64,000 nt of DNA, taken from the sequence record MK817115.1; one strand, 5' to 3'. The notes beneath the pieces were generated by a model, which worked only from the letters and a program-made list of their open reading frames with translations, had not been told where the DNA came from and searched no databases. The position numbers were made by a program, and so were the translations under genes. The stretch's first letter is position 1; each line of letters opens with the position of its first letter. Of the stretch, positions 10,194-20,210 are shown in pieces.

Positions 10194-10594
10194 ACTTTAC
10201 CAGGGAAGTGTTTCTCGTAGTACTCATCATCACTTAACATATAATCAGGAGTTTCTACTTCTATGGTTTTGAAGATTGTTTCTGGAATGTGTGTGACTTT
10301 ATTGGGTTGTACTTTATGTTCGCGTAAAACCTTCTGTATCGCTCCTAGACGTTGTAAATCGATACATGTAGGAAAGACTAAGCTGTACTGAAATAACTCA
10401 TCAGGGGTCATTATAGACACATCTTTAGCTTGTTTGATTTGATAATTAGTACTAATGAATATATCAAATCCTTGTACAGCATTATAGCTTACATAGGTTG
10501 TTTTATTTTTGTCAATAGGAGCACTTAAACGATATCCATATATCCCGTGTTGGTCAACAAGACAGCGTTGCATAATTTTAATCATTTCTAACAT
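10181..10594 (-). CDS. FQxS-family hypothetical protein
   Basis: PDELFQYSLV. Confidence 0.85.
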   Translation of the reverse strand: MLEMIKIMQRCLVDQHGIYGYRLSAPIDKNKTTYVSYNAVQGFDIFISTNYQIKQAKDVSIMTPDELFQYSLVFPTCIDLQRLGAIQKVLREHKVQPNKVTHIPETIFKTIEVETPDYMLSDDEYYEKHFPGKVWRD

Positions 10595-10940
10595 AATTTA
10601 CCTCATATGTATTGTAACACCACGGTTTAACAATATCGATTTGTATATCATTTGCTTCATGAAAATGTTTAAGTACCTTCTGGTATTCCATTATTTCGTA
10701 CACATCTTCAGTACTTATAGTGCTCTCCTGAAATAATTCCTCTTCTGATAAAGTACTATAATCAGGGATTTTTATTTCTGAATATATATCATTTATCTTT
10801 CCATTATATTGATAAATCTGGATATAAAATTGATTGTATTCTGGAATATAGGTTACATAATGGTTGTGGTTGATTACATATCTTGAAACAAAGTATTCAG
10901 TACCATCAGTCATGTACTGAATTGTTGTCGTATTTTGCAT
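10578..10940 (-). CDS. FQxS-family hypothetical protein
   Basis: EEELFQESTI. Confidence 0.85.
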   Translation of the reverse strand: MQNTTTIQYMTDGTEYFVSRYVINHNHYVTYIPEYNQFYIQIYQYNGKINDIYSEIKIPDYSTLSEEELFQESTISTEDVYEIMEYQKVLKHFHEANDIQIDIVKPWCYNTYEVNYVRND

Positions 10941-11400
10941 TCAAATAATCCACGCATTTATAGTATACTGCTAAATCTAAAAAGAATCGTTGTTTGTATT
11001 TGTAATGATGAAGTAGTGCACCATAAAATAACATAGCATTAAGTACTTTTGTATCATTAATCAATGATTTCTGAAAGTACATTTCCTCTGACATGAATAC
11101 TAAATCATTATATGGAACTTGTACTGCTTCTCTAAATGTATCAATATTAATCTTCAAATCAGACCCAGGGCAATATGAAATGTATTCTGCTTTGTAATGA
11201 AAGTCATTATTATCAAAGTACTCCGCGTAGATTTGATTACCTCTACCATTAGTAAATGCTAGTCTTCCTTTAGATGAACTGAACTCATCGTATTGAAACA
11301 TACCACCAAAAGGTTTAGGACTTCTGAACTCCTTTGCAATGCGATAGATATTTTCTGCAAATTCTAAAACACCATCGTAATCATATTCTGTAGTAATCAT
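10906..11400 (-). CDS. FQxS-family hypothetical protein
   Basis: EEMYFQKSLI. Confidence 0.85.
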   Translation of the reverse strand: MITTEYDYDGVLEFAENIYRIAKEFRSPKPFGGMFQYDEFSSSKGRLAFTNGRGNQIYAEYFDNNDFHYKAEYISYCPGSDLKINIDTFREAVQVPYNDLVFMSEEMYFQKSLINDTKVLNAMLFYGALLHHYKYKQRFFLDLAVYYKCVDYLNAKYDNNSVHD

Positions 11401-11873
11401 AAACCATTTTTCTCCAGGTACTCAATAATACAATCGACATTGTTCAGGTCCAAGTAGAAATGATCACTATCGGAATTTAGTTCATTTTTAAGGGCTGTTA
11501 AAATCACTGAACTGAAAACAATCCTCTCTGGATACACAGTACTGTACTGGAAGAACTCTTCTTCAGTGTTAATTACAATCGTATCAAATGCTTCATTTAT
11601 AAGAAGATGATTGTAGTATTTGAAATTATCTGAACTTGGGAAATGGTATGAAATAAAATCACCACTTGGTACTTCATCAAGCACTCTAATACTACAAGTT
11701 GATTCATCTGAGCTATAGAGTAACCCATCCATAAAGGAAAGATATCCATTTCGTTTAATAACTTTATTTTTATCAATTAAAAAATCTTCAGTAACATTCG
11801 CAAGGAATTTATAAACCCTGATAATGTCTTTTGCTATTTTTTGTGCATTGCTAAATGATAGGTCTTTGGACAT
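11397..11873 (-). CDS. FQxS-family hypothetical protein
   Basis: EEEFFQYSTV. Confidence 0.85.
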   Translation of the reverse strand: MSKDLSFSNAQKIAKDIIRVYKFLANVTEDFLIDKNKVIKRNGYLSFMDGLLYSSDESTCSIRVLDEVPSGDFISYHFPSSDNFKYYNHLLINEAFDTIVINTEEEFFQYSTVYPERIVFSSVILTALKNELNSDSDHFYLDLNNVDCIIEYLEKNGL

Positions 11874-11906
11874 TGTGTTATAACCCTTTACAATTAATAT
11901 AAAGGG

Positions 11907-11936
11907 ATTATATCACAAAAAATCGGTGGGTGTCAA
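11907..11936 (-). promoter_or_regulatory. sigma70-type promoter with 5' leader hairpin
   Basis: TTGACA-18-TATAAT, then CCCTTTA...TAAAGGG hairpin. Confidence 0.55.
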
Positions 11937-12517
11937 GAGTGGTTGCGAAGTTCTACCATTTCTTCCCAAACTAATTGGTAATCTTCTAAGTCCAGATAGA
12001 AGTCTTCATTCCAGTGCTCATGAAAGTACTTATACATGAATAGAACTCCTAAATCGTATGCAGGAAACAATAATGATAGTTGAAAGTAGTATTCCTGATT
12101 TAAAACTATATCAATAAACTCTAATGTACGTATGCCACCTTTCGATGAACGTATCTCAATGTGTGAGGTATCCTTCATACTGTAACACATGAAACCACCT
12201 CTAAATTCTGGATCATATTCACATTCGAACTGCTCACTGTTGTTATAGAAATCTCTCCCACTTTCTTGATCTTTCGGTCTACGTACTGATACATGAATAT
12301 TTTTATCACGGTACATTGAACGATTTAGTATTTTCAAACATTTGAACTTATCTTCTTTAATGAACTTGATAATATCAATTATATCTTGTGCTGTACTGAT
12401 AGCTGATTCGAATGTATCCAACTTAAGATGATTATATTGGGTTCCAGAGTTCATTTTTTTATCTAACATATAAACCTCATAATTCATACATTTTTGATTT
12501 GAACTGCATATGACCAC
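11933..12517 (-). CDS. FQxS-family hypothetical protein
   Basis: QEYYFQLSLL; true start probably downstream of track start. Confidence 0.85.
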   Translation of the reverse strand: MVICSSNQKCMNYEVYMLDKKMNSGTQYNHLKLDTFESAISTAQDIIDIIKFIKEDKFKCLKILNRSMYRDKNIHVSVRRPKDQESGRDFYNNSEQFECEYDPEFRGGFMCYSMKDTSHIEIRSSKGGIRTLEFIDIVLNQEYYFQLSLLFPAYDLGVLFMYKYFHEHWNEDFYLDLEDYQLVWEEMVELRNHS

Positions 12518-12818
12518 CTATTTCACATGGATAACAATTCATAATTTTGTTCAATAGAATCTGGTATTTTTTAATAACTTCTATATCAATTTTTATATTA
12601 CTATTAAAAACTAATGATTCTTGAAATAATTCCCCCTCGTCAAGTGAAGTAAAATCATTTATCTTCAAGGGTATATTGTTGCATCGCAAGGAGAATGTAT
12701 TTTCATCACGAATTAAAGTATAGAAATCATTATGTTTTTTATTATAATCAAATTTAACAAGTAGTAGTTTAATATGAGTAGCGTACATTACTTTAACTAA
12801 TTCAGATTCACGTCGCAT
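12477..12818 (-). CDS. FQxS-family hypothetical protein
   Basis: EGELFQESLV. Confidence 0.85.
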   Translation of the reverse strand: MRRESELVKVMYATHIKLLLVKFDYNKKHNDFYTLIRDENTFSLRCNNIPLKINDFTSLDEGELFQESLVFNSNIKIDIEVIKKYQILLNKIMNCYPCEIGGHMQFKSKMYEL

Positions 12819-13240
12819 ACAATACCTCTCTTATGATGCAAACATTCTTGCATAATGTGTTGTATTTTTCGTAACAGAAACACATCCAGTTCATTAAAAA
12901 CAGTACTGTACTGGAACATCTCTTCTTCCCCGTACTCAGTTAAATCATCAATTTCATCTCTAGAAACAGCTACAATATTAAAACCACGTGTACTACAATA
13001 ACCCTTAGTAAGATAATATATGTACTTGTACTCTCCGTTGATATCTAAGAGATCTTGTGTGATACAGAAGCTTTTGGGTGACAGTTTATCATCAGGAACC
13101 ATATGCCTTGCTTGTACATAGCAACGGATACCATCACCTATACTATATGTAATAACTTCAAATTCAATCTTCATAGGTGAATATAATCCTTTTATATTGC
13201 TCAGGTGCAGTACTGAAACGTTTGATTGGATAATTATCAA
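12797..13240 (-). CDS. FQxS-family hypothetical protein
   Basis: EEEMFQYSTV. Confidence 0.85.
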   Translation of the reverse strand: MIIIQSNVSVLHLSNIKGLYSPMKIEFEVITYSIGDGIRCYVQARHMVPDDKLSPKSFCITQDLLDINGEYKYIYYLTKGYCSTRGFNIVAVSRDEIDDLTEYGEEEMFQYSTVFNELDVFLLRKIQHIMQECLHHKRGIVCDVNLN

Positions 13241-13526
13241 AGATTCTTTTCATTTCTTTCTGGATTAAACATAAGAAATCAAAGTTACAATCGTACTTAT
13301 TATCCCATACTAAACTTTCTTGGAATAACTCATCCTCTTGCATTAGTGTAGTGTCAATTACATCTTCACGGACATAGCTATATACTTCATAGCTCTTGAA
13401 GCCATCTTCTGATAATTCTAATTCATATGCAGCCATATCAAACATATCATCATGGTTTGTCTTCAAAGATATTAAACAAGTAACTAATTTTTTAGTTGTA
13501 TAGTATGTAATACTTAATGTGTTCAT
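13164..13526 (-). CDS. FQxS-family hypothetical protein
   Basis: EDELFQESLV. Confidence 0.85.
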   Translation of the reverse strand: MNTLSITYYTTKKLVTCLISLKTNHDDMFDMAAYELELSEDGFKSYEVYSYVREDVIDTTLMQEDELFQESLVWDNKYDCNFDFLCLIQKEMKRIFDNYPIKRFSTAPEQYKRIIFTYED

Positions 13527-13531
13527 TTGTT

Positions 13532-14134
13532 TTATACCTCAGTATATAGCTTACAATAGCTTTCATCGAAATTACAAACACTTCTCAAGTACTGACACAG
13601 GTCATTGAAAATATTTACATTTGATATATATACATTATCAAATTCTGTTCGTTGAAAGAATGTATACATAGAATTTGTAATATATCGCATTGCATCTTCA
13701 CGTCCCATAGTTATATCATTTGTGAACATTGCATCTTCATCAGTACTGATGTGTTCTATTTTAAATGATTTCATAAATGGAATACTCTTTCCTAGGGCAT
13801 AACCATCACCATATGATGCTTCTACTGCACCTTTGGAATAAAGGAATTGATATAAGTCCGAATCACGATTATAAAAAGTACGACATACGGAGGAACATAA
13901 TTTATTATCTATATGAAATAAAAATCTTTTAGCATTTTTGTCTAATACTATTCGCAATGCATCACTCTCTAGAAATATATCACCATCAAGCATAAATGAG
14001 AACTGTACTAATGCTTTTTCTAAATCCGCTCGTTTGTGATAAATCATTTCCTGCATATATATAATATCATTTGCTAATTTCTTAAAAAACAAATGCACAT
14101 CTGCACTACAACATTTATTTGCATTTATTGACAT
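13532..14134 (-). CDS. hypothetical protein (variant FQxS motif)
   Basis: EDAMFTNDIT. Confidence 0.8.
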   Translation of the reverse strand: MSINANKCCSADVHLFFKKLANDIIYMQEMIYHKRADLEKALVQFSFMLDGDIFLESDALRIVLDKNAKRFLFHIDNKLCSSVCRTFYNRDSDLYQFLYSKGAVEASYGDGYALGKSIPFMKSFKIEHISTDEDAMFTNDITMGREDAMRYITNSMYTFFQRTEFDNVYISNVNIFNDLCQYLRSVCNFDESYCKLYTEV

Positions 14135-14685
14135 AATAGTTCCTTATACATATGATGTACTTTACAAATCTCATTATAGTATTTCATATCAATGTCATTT
14201 GTATTAAAAACGGAAACAGACAATACTGCTAACTTATCAATTAAGTAATTATTATCGGCGTACTGTTTTAACTTATTGAACATATAGATGCATTTTATAC
14301 TTAATTCATCATGCAACACACTGTTCTGAAAAATATTCTCTTCAGTATTAGGAGATAAGTAATCTTCAATTATATACGATAAACTACTATCGCAATCTTT
14401 ATAGATTGAAATTGATGGATGTAATGTGTCATACATTACACTAAACAGATCACCGTCATATGTGGATATTAAACTATTATTGGAAACAGTAGGATGATAA
14501 TATTTCAGTACTGAAAACTTTGAACAATCAGTGCAGTAAAAATGATCCATCCCTCGACGACTTTCGTATGAGAATAGTTTACTTGTATATTCAATCCCTT
14601 TGGTGCGACGGATTGTTTCATGCATTTCTGCACATTGCATTAAAATTACCATACGTTCAAACGCAAGATCTAAATCATCGTACAT
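14125..14685 (-). CDS. FQxS-family hypothetical protein
   Basis: EENIFQNSVL. Confidence 0.85.
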   Translation of the reverse strand: MYDDLDLAFERMVILMQCAEMHETIRRTKGIEYTSKLFSYESRRGMDHFYCTDCSKFSVLKYYHPTVSNNSLISTYDGDLFSVMYDTLHPSISIYKDCDSSLSYIIEDYLSPNTEENIFQNSVLHDELSIKCIYMFNKLKQYADNNYLIDKLAVLSVSVFNTNDIDMKYYNEICKVHHMYKELLCQ

Positions 14686-14866
14686 AACGGATATCCTTCT
14701 TCAACGAATTAATATATTCCAAAATAACTTGTTCCTGATATTGGGTTCCCAAGTACATCAGTACTTTCAACTCTTTGAATTCAGTACTATATGAGTCTGT
14801 TTGCATCATTCTAGTAGAATATATATTGAATAGTTTAGCAATATCATCTTGGTCTATTATTTTCAT
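14675..14866 (-). CDS. LGTxxQE-family small protein
   Basis: YLGTQYQEQ. Confidence 0.85.
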   Translation of the reverse strand: MKIIDQDDIAKLFNIYSTRMMQTDSYSTEFKELKVLMYLGTQYQEQVILEYINSLKKDIRYVR

Positions 14867-15062
14867 TAACCCTCTTCTGTATTAGTTCCTGTAAGTGCTG
14901 AATATAACCCTTCATTGCAACATCCTGTTTGTTAGAGCCAACGAAGAACAAGAGCTTAAAGTCATGGTAATCCATTTTTGGTTTAGTAGTGAACCATATG
15001 TCCCACACTGCACTCACAGTTCTCATGTATTCAATTCGATTAAATGTTTTTGAATACTTCAT
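14844..15062 (-). CDS. LGTxxQE-family small protein (variant)
   Basis: FVGSNKQD. Confidence 0.8.
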   Translation of the reverse strand: MKYSKTFNRIEYMRTVSAVWDIWFTTKPKMDYHDFKLLFFVGSNKQDVAMKGYIQHLQELIQKRVNENNRPR

Positions 15063-15576
15063 CGATGTTCATTGCCAATAAGTTAATATACAAATTACTG
15101 TTAAATGCTATCTGCAATTCCATATAGAACTGAATGATTGCATAGTCAGGGTCAGTACACGATAGTTGAAAACACTGTTCGTCGAATGCATTGTAATTGT
15201 ACTTAGGGATGTGAATTTCACGCTTCAAATCAGGTTGCCCCCACTTCATCGCGTACACACCAATGTTATTGTTCTTTTTCCTTTTCTTAAATGTTAATTG
15301 TTGAATATTTCCTGCGTTATCCAGGAAAATAGAATTATTCGACACAGGTGCACCAATAGAAAACAATGATGTATCAATTACGTGTTTCTCACGTACATCA
15401 CACTTCTGAAATGCACCTGTACCCTGTAATACACGATGAAAATTGTACTTCTCATTAACAACAGTACTAGGATCAATTAAACCAGTACTGCATTTTTTGA
15501 GTACTGGTACGATGATACGAATCTTTTTTGATAAATCTTGTAATGCATCAAAGTCATTGATGTTAACTTTCATCAC
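15040..15576 (-). CDS. FQxS-family hypothetical protein
   Basis: DEQCFQLSCT. Confidence 0.85.
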   Translation of the reverse strand: MMKVNINDFDALQDLSKKIRIIVPVLKKCSTGLIDPSTVVNEKYNFHRVLQGTGAFQKCDVREKHVIDTSLFSIGAPVSNNSIFLDNAGNIQQLTFKKRKKNNNIGVYAMKWGQPDLKREIHIPKYNYNAFDEQCFQLSCTDPDYAIIQFYMELQIAFNSNLYINLLAMNIDEVFKNI

Positions 15577-16022
15577 TCAAATGTGGCCTCTTCAGTAGTA
15601 ACAAAATTGATTAGTGTATCCAGTTCAGCAGTGTCAAGATAAAATACATCCAGTACTGATTTCTGATATATTACACTGAATGTGCATAGATTGTCAAGCG
15701 TTCCTTGTTCATAAACAGTACTACCCTGGAAGTACCCTTCTTCAGTACTCAGGGATAAAATGTCTGAAATTTTAAAAGATTCTTCAGTCGCATGTCTTTC
15801 TATATTAACTAAATGTCCGTTTCGGTTCAATGAAATATAATCGTATGCTAACTCAATTAGACTATAATTATCCGCATTAGTGTCAAATAAAGCGACAATT
15901 TTTCGTCTCAATCTCTCATCGTGATCATGGTTTTCATCAGCTAAGTATTCAGGATTTTCTTTGAAGAACTTAACAACTTTTAGAATATCATTTGCTTTCT
16001 TGATTGCACTTTCGTAACTCAT
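15573..16022 (-). CDS. FQxS-family hypothetical protein
   Basis: EEGYFQGSTV. Confidence 0.85.
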   Translation of the reverse strand: MSYESAIKKANDILKVVKFFKENPEYLADENHDHDERLRRKIVALFDTNADNYSLIELAYDYISLNRNGHLVNIERHATEESFKISDILSLSTEEGYFQGSTVYEQGTLDNLCTFSVIYQKSVLDVFYLDTAELDTLINFVTTEEATFE

Positions 16023-16327
16023 AATAATTCAACCACTCCATCTCTAAAGTACATATAACTACCACCATTGGATACTGTGAATTCTATTGTCCCCAATAAT
16101 ATATTATATTTTTTTATTTCACATGTAGTACTTGTAGTGTAAGGCTCACCATCTCCTAAGTACATTGACATATGACATAGAACTTTTCTACCAGCATATT
16201 TCTCTTCAAACGATTGTTCAAAACTATGCATAATTTGATTTAAAGCTGAAATGTAATTAATAAAGTCAGGTATTTCTGTCAATGAATTATAAACCGTACA
16301 AAGTGAATCAAATTCATTTTTAGTCAT
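16019..16327 (-). CDS. hypothetical protein
   Basis: 102 aa, stop/start-coupled to neighbours. Confidence 0.75.
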   Translation of the reverse strand: MTKNEFDSLCTVYNSLTEIPDFINYISALNQIMHSFEQSFEEKYAGRKVLCHMSMYLGDGEPYTTSTTCEIKKYNILLGTIEFTVSNGGSYMYFRDGVVELL

Positions 16328-16641
16328 TATATTTCTATCTCAATGTAATCCTGTGTGATTAAGTAATCCCAATGATACTTCACCTGCTTTTGTAATTCAA
16401 TTAACGTAAAGAAGTTGATCGATTTATCCCATACGAGCGATTCCTGGAAAATAAATGATTCATGTTCATCGTAATAATCACACTCTAAAAAATCAGGTAT
16501 ATATTCACTATCGTGAATGTATTCAACAAACGAACTAGCTTGGCATTTCTTTACTACTAGTAATAATGAATTATCATGATCAAACAGATACAATAAACTA
16601 ATTTCACCAGGGACGTACTGAACACTGAATAAGTTTTTCAT
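16327..16641 (-). CDS. FQxS-family hypothetical protein
   Basis: ESFIFQESLV. Confidence 0.85.
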   Translation of the reverse strand: MKNLFSVQYVPGEISLLYLFDHDNSLLLVVKKCQASSFVEYIHDSEYIPDFLECDYYDEHESFIFQESLVWDKSINFFTLIELQKQVKYHWDYLITQDYIEIEI

Positions 16642-17090
16642 TCTATACCTTCTGGATCTTTACGAAGTTCTTCGAAATCCAAATAAAATCGAGGACAGTT
16701 AACACTCTTTAAATACCACATAATAACTAATGCTTCAAGTACTTCATCATCGTAAACAGTACTGTTTTGGAAGTAATACTCTTCACTATCCCACGGACCA
16801 TCCAGTACTTCATAATTCAAAATTAATGGTTTTTTGCGATTAATAAAACGAATGCTACCATTTTCAACATAACTAATAAATTCTGCATCTCTATTGTATT
16901 CAGAAAACGATATAGGACTATTGGAATTCAACCCAAGAATAACCCTTACACCAACGGAGTTATTATACATTTCATCTTTGTAGTAGTTGCCGTTCTCGGC
17001 TTTGTACACTTCTTTGAACTTTCCTGCCTTTATATCGTCAAAGTATCCATGTAGTTCTTTTGCTTTTTCAAGAGCACTTTGTAATGACAT
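16638..17090 (-). CDS. FQxS-family protein, GPWDSEEYYFQ subfamily
   Basis: MSLQSALEKAK...GPWDSEEYYFQNSTV. Confidence 0.9.
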   Translation of the reverse strand: MSLQSALEKAKELHGYFDDIKAGKFKEVYKAENGNYYKDEMYNNSVGVRVILGLNSNSPISFSEYNRDAEFISYVENGSIRFINRKKPLILNYEVLDGPWDSEEYYFQNSTVYDDEVLEALVIMWYLKSVNCPRFYLDFEELRKDPEGIE

Positions 17091-17556
17091 TACCTTCTCC
17101 TACAGTATTCTCTACATATTCATAATCAAAATAGAAACTACTGGAGTCAATACTTTTGAAATACCACATAATCACAATAACATCCAGTTCTTCTTCATTG
17201 TACAACGTACTATTCTGGAAGTAATACTCTTCACTATCCCACGGACCTTCTAGTACTGAATAAGGAATGATAGTGTCATCAGCATCACTATCTGTGTTGT
17301 AGATGGTAATATCTTCATTACGGCAATAACTAATGTACTGATTGTACATATGATATTCACAGTTATCACTGTCACCAGTATCAGTGTGCAGTACTAATGT
17401 TTCTGCACATATCTCGGACTCGTCATAATCGTCACGGTCTTTTACAAAAAATTCAGTATCAGATGTTTTATATACACCTGGAACTGAACCTTCTTGTACC
17501 ATAATCATATACTCATGAATCTTCTTTGCTTCTTTCAATGCACTTTGTAACGACAT
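17068..17556 (-). CDS. FQxS-family protein, GPWDSEEYYFQ subfamily
   Basis: MSLQSALKEAK...GPWDSEEYYFQNSTL. Confidence 0.9.
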   Translation of the reverse strand: MSLQSALKEAKKIHEYMIMVQEGSVPGVYKTSDTEFFVKDRDDYDESEICAETLVLHTDTGDSDNCEYHMYNQYISYCRNEDITIYNTDSDADDTIIPYSVLEGPWDSEEYYFQNSTLYNEEELDVIVIMWYFKSIDSSSFYFDYEYVENTVGEGNVITKCS

Positions 17557-17999
17557 TACAAATCCCCTGAACTTAAATATTCACATGCTCCCCAGTCAAG
17601 AAAGAATGGTTCAAAATTCAATTCCTTAAAGTACCACAACACAACCAAGGAATCAAGCATTTCTTGGTTAAAAATGAAACTCTGTTGGAAGTAATACTCT
17701 TCAGTACCCCACGGGCCATCAAGTACCCCGAAGTCAACAGGTGCATTTGATGTGTCAAACGTAATCTTAGTACCTGGAATATATACAAAAAAACTAGTAT
17801 ATTGACTACATGAAGAGTACTGTATAGTATTGTCTTTATCCTGTCCCATAAGTAAAATATCATCAGAGTATGTCTTTATACCTGATAGATAATACTCATC
17901 ACCAAATGCACTTACTTTATCACCATAGAACCCACTTTTTATGTTATCGTGGAAGTGATGTATTCTGTGTGCTAGTTCAAGTGCACTTGCTAAACTCAT
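17556..17999 (-). CDS. FQxS-family protein, GPWDSEEYYFQ subfamily
   Basis: GPWGTEEYYFQQSFI. Confidence 0.9.
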   Translation of the reverse strand: MSLASALELAHRIHHFHDNIKSGFYGDKVSAFGDEYYLSGIKTYSDDILLMGQDKDNTIQYSSCSQYTSFFVYIPGTKITFDTSNAPVDFGVLDGPWGTEEYYFQQSFIFNQEMLDSLVVLWYFKELNFEPFFLDWGACEYLSSGDL

Positions 18000-18466
18000 A
18001 TATCCTCTTTAATAACTCGTAGTAGATCCAAGTCCAAATAGAAGCTAGGACAATCTGTATTATTAAAGTACCACAGAATGACAAGCTTGTCAAGTACATC
18101 TTCCTCGTAGATAGTATTCTGCTGGAAGTAGTACTCTTCACTTCCCCAGTCATTATCCAGTACTGAATACGGAAGATGTTTCTCTGCTGCACCAGATATA
18201 ATGTCAGAATCTTGTATTAAAATATCAGCATCACGACAGAAGTACATGTAATTATCTTCCAAATTAACATCACACCCATTGAGTGTTGTTTCAGAAGAAT
18301 CTAAGTTTTCTTCATACATGTGAATGTACTCACTACTGTCATCGTATCTCATTCGACAATAAGATTTACCTTCCTTGAATAGATATCCATTGAGACAATT
18401 TGCTACAATTTCTTTGCTGCATAAATCAATTAACTTCGCAATCTCTAATGCTCTTTCTAAACTCAT
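17996..18466 (-). CDS. FQxS-family protein, GPWDSEEYYFQ subfamily
   Basis: NDWGSEEYYFQQNTI. Confidence 0.9.
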   Translation of the reverse strand: MSLERALEIAKLIDLCSKEIVANCLNGYLFKEGKSYCRMRYDDSSEYIHMYEENLDSSETTLNGCDVNLEDNYMYFCRDADILIQDSDIISGAAEKHLPYSVLDNDWGSEEYYFQQNTIYEEDVLDKLVILWYFNNTDCPSFYLDLDLLRVIKEDI

Positions 18467-18467
18467 T

Positions 18468-18959
18468 TTAACCCCTGTTAATACCGTTATCTACAGTTTT
18501 CTTTACGTATTTGTAATCGAAATAGAAGTTCCCAGAACCAATACTTTTAAAGTACCACATAATTATAATAACATCAAGTACTTCATTATCGTATACAGTA
18601 CTTTGTTGGAAGTAATACTCTTCACTATCCCACGGACCTTCCAGTACTTCACTCGGAATTATAATGTCATCGGAATCGCTATCAGTACTGTAGATGGTAT
18701 CTGTATCATTAATATAGACCATGTACTCATTATGCATATTAATGAAGCATTCATAATCATTAGGGTCGGTATCCAGTACACACGTTTCTGTATCCAGTAC
18801 GCACGTTTCTGTATCTGAGCAGTCATTATAAAGGAGGTTATCCGGTACATAATATTGAGTACTTGTGTCTTTGAAAACACCGTAAACTGAACCTTCTTTT
18901 GCCATATTCATGTACTCATGAATCTTCTTTGCTTTTTCCAATGAACTCTGTAATGTCAT
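18468..18959 (-). CDS. FQxS-family protein, GPWDSEEYYFQ subfamily
   Basis: GPWDSEEYYFQQSTV; internal 21-nt tandem duplication at 18769-18811. Confidence 0.9.
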   Translation of the reverse strand: MTLQSSLEKAKKIHEYMNMAKEGSVYGVFKDTSTQYYVPDNLLYNDCSDTETCVLDTETCVLDTDPNDYECFINMHNEYMVYINDTDTIYSTDSDSDDIIIPSEVLEGPWDSEEYYFQQSTVYDNEVLDVIIIMWYFKSIGSGNFYFDYKYVKKTVDNGINRG

Positions 18960-18968
18960 TTTATAATC

Positions 18969-19328
18969 TCATATATTGAAATAATAATTATTCGTTCTTG
19001 ATGGGGATGGATTAAATACGTTTTCTTTTTCAAATCTCTTCATTTCATTTTGCAAAGAAACCATTTCTTCAAATGTACAGGAGTACTTATTCTTATCAAA
19101 CACTAATGCAGCCTGAAATAGTTCACCATCGTCCAGTACTGTATAATCTATAAGACTCTCAGATTCATAGTCATAGTCGTCATGTGATACATGAATAAAT
19201 TTAAAACAAGAATCTTTGTAATGCATATATAAACTCAACTCATGTTCCGAGTCGCCCTTAATAAGATTACAGCACAAGTCCCATCCTTTAGGTAACTTAT
19301 AATAGTACATAGAATAATCATATGTCAT
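18969..19328 (-). CDS. FQxS-family hypothetical protein
   Basis: DGELFQAALVFDK. Confidence 0.85.
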   Translation of the reverse strand: MTYDYSMYYYKLPKGWDLCCNLIKGDSEHELSLYMHYKDSCFKFIHVSHDDYDYESESLIDYTVLDDGELFQAALVFDKNKYSCTFEEMVSLQNEMKRFEKENVFNPSPSRTNNYYFNI

Positions 19329-19681
19329 TCTTGAATTCCTAAATTGAATTTGTATTCTTGATTAATACTTGCATTGGGTTTATGCAAAGCAGCATACTCT
19401 TTCATTTCATTTTGTATTGCAATAACTTCTTCAAATGTACACAAGTACTTCTTATCAAATACTAATGATTCTTGGAATAGTTCTGCGGTATCCATTAATG
19501 TATAGTCCGGCATATCTTGGTGTGGATACTGTAATGAACTGTAATCAATGAATGTAAATTTACCCTGAGTGTAATGAATATACTCATTTGCACTGTGCAT
19601 TAAATCACCTTTGTTTAAATTACAAAAGTACTGATAACTGTGCTTGAAAGTATGTACTGATATTAAAAAATCAAATTCCAT
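19325..19681 (-). CDS. FQxS-family hypothetical protein
   Basis: TAELFQESLVFDK. Confidence 0.85.
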   Translation of the reverse strand: MEFDFLISVHTFKHSYQYFCNLNKGDLMHSANEYIHYTQGKFTFIDYSSLQYPHQDMPDYTLMDTAELFQESLVFDKKYLCTFEEVIAIQNEMKEYAALHKPNASINQEYKFNLGIQE

Positions 19682-20052
19682 CAGTACTCAACCTCTACAT
19701 AAATAGATTCAGGAAACTTAGTCATATAATCTTCTGGATAGTTCTGCATTACTTTGATCATTTCTGCCTGTGTAGCACGGACGTATTCAATTGGTGCTCC
19801 TGGTAAATTCCAGACAGTACTTTCCTGAAAGAATTCCTCTTCTGACAGTACTGTCAGATTTACAAAATCATTACGGTAATTTTTTGAATCATCATATGTG
19901 AAGATTTTAAAAGACCCATTTTCATATAGTACAAGAACAAAATGGGAGAATTTTTGTAATGCACCACCAAGGCTTTCCACGACCGCATGATTCAGTGTAC
20001 AGATGACCTCTTTTTTCCTCATACCGAATTGAATTCTAATTTCTTTTTTCAT
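19681..20052 (-). CDS. FQxS-family hypothetical protein
   Basis: EEEFFQESTV. Confidence 0.85.
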   Translation of the reverse strand: MKKEIRIQFGMRKKEVICTLNHAVVESLGGALQKFSHFVLVLYENGSFKIFTYDDSKNYRNDFVNLTVLSEEEFFQESTVWNLPGAPIEYVRATQAEMIKVMQNYPEDYMTKFPESIYVEVEY

Positions 20053-20210
20053 AAAATCTCCTTCAGATTAGTACTGAATTTGTACAGAATATTAGAACTG
20101 TATACAGCCTCTGTATCTGTATCCATAATCAAATCACCTTTGTTTAAATTACAAAAGTACTGATAACTGTGCTTAAAAGAATGTACTGATATTAAAAAAT
20201 CAAATTCCAT
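20049..20210 (-). pseudogene. truncated duplicate (53 aa) of the 5' end of 19325..19681
   Basis: 20131-20212 matches 19602-19683 with 2 mismatches; MEFDFLISVHSFKHSYQYFCNLNKGDL, then unrelated tail. Confidence 0.7.
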
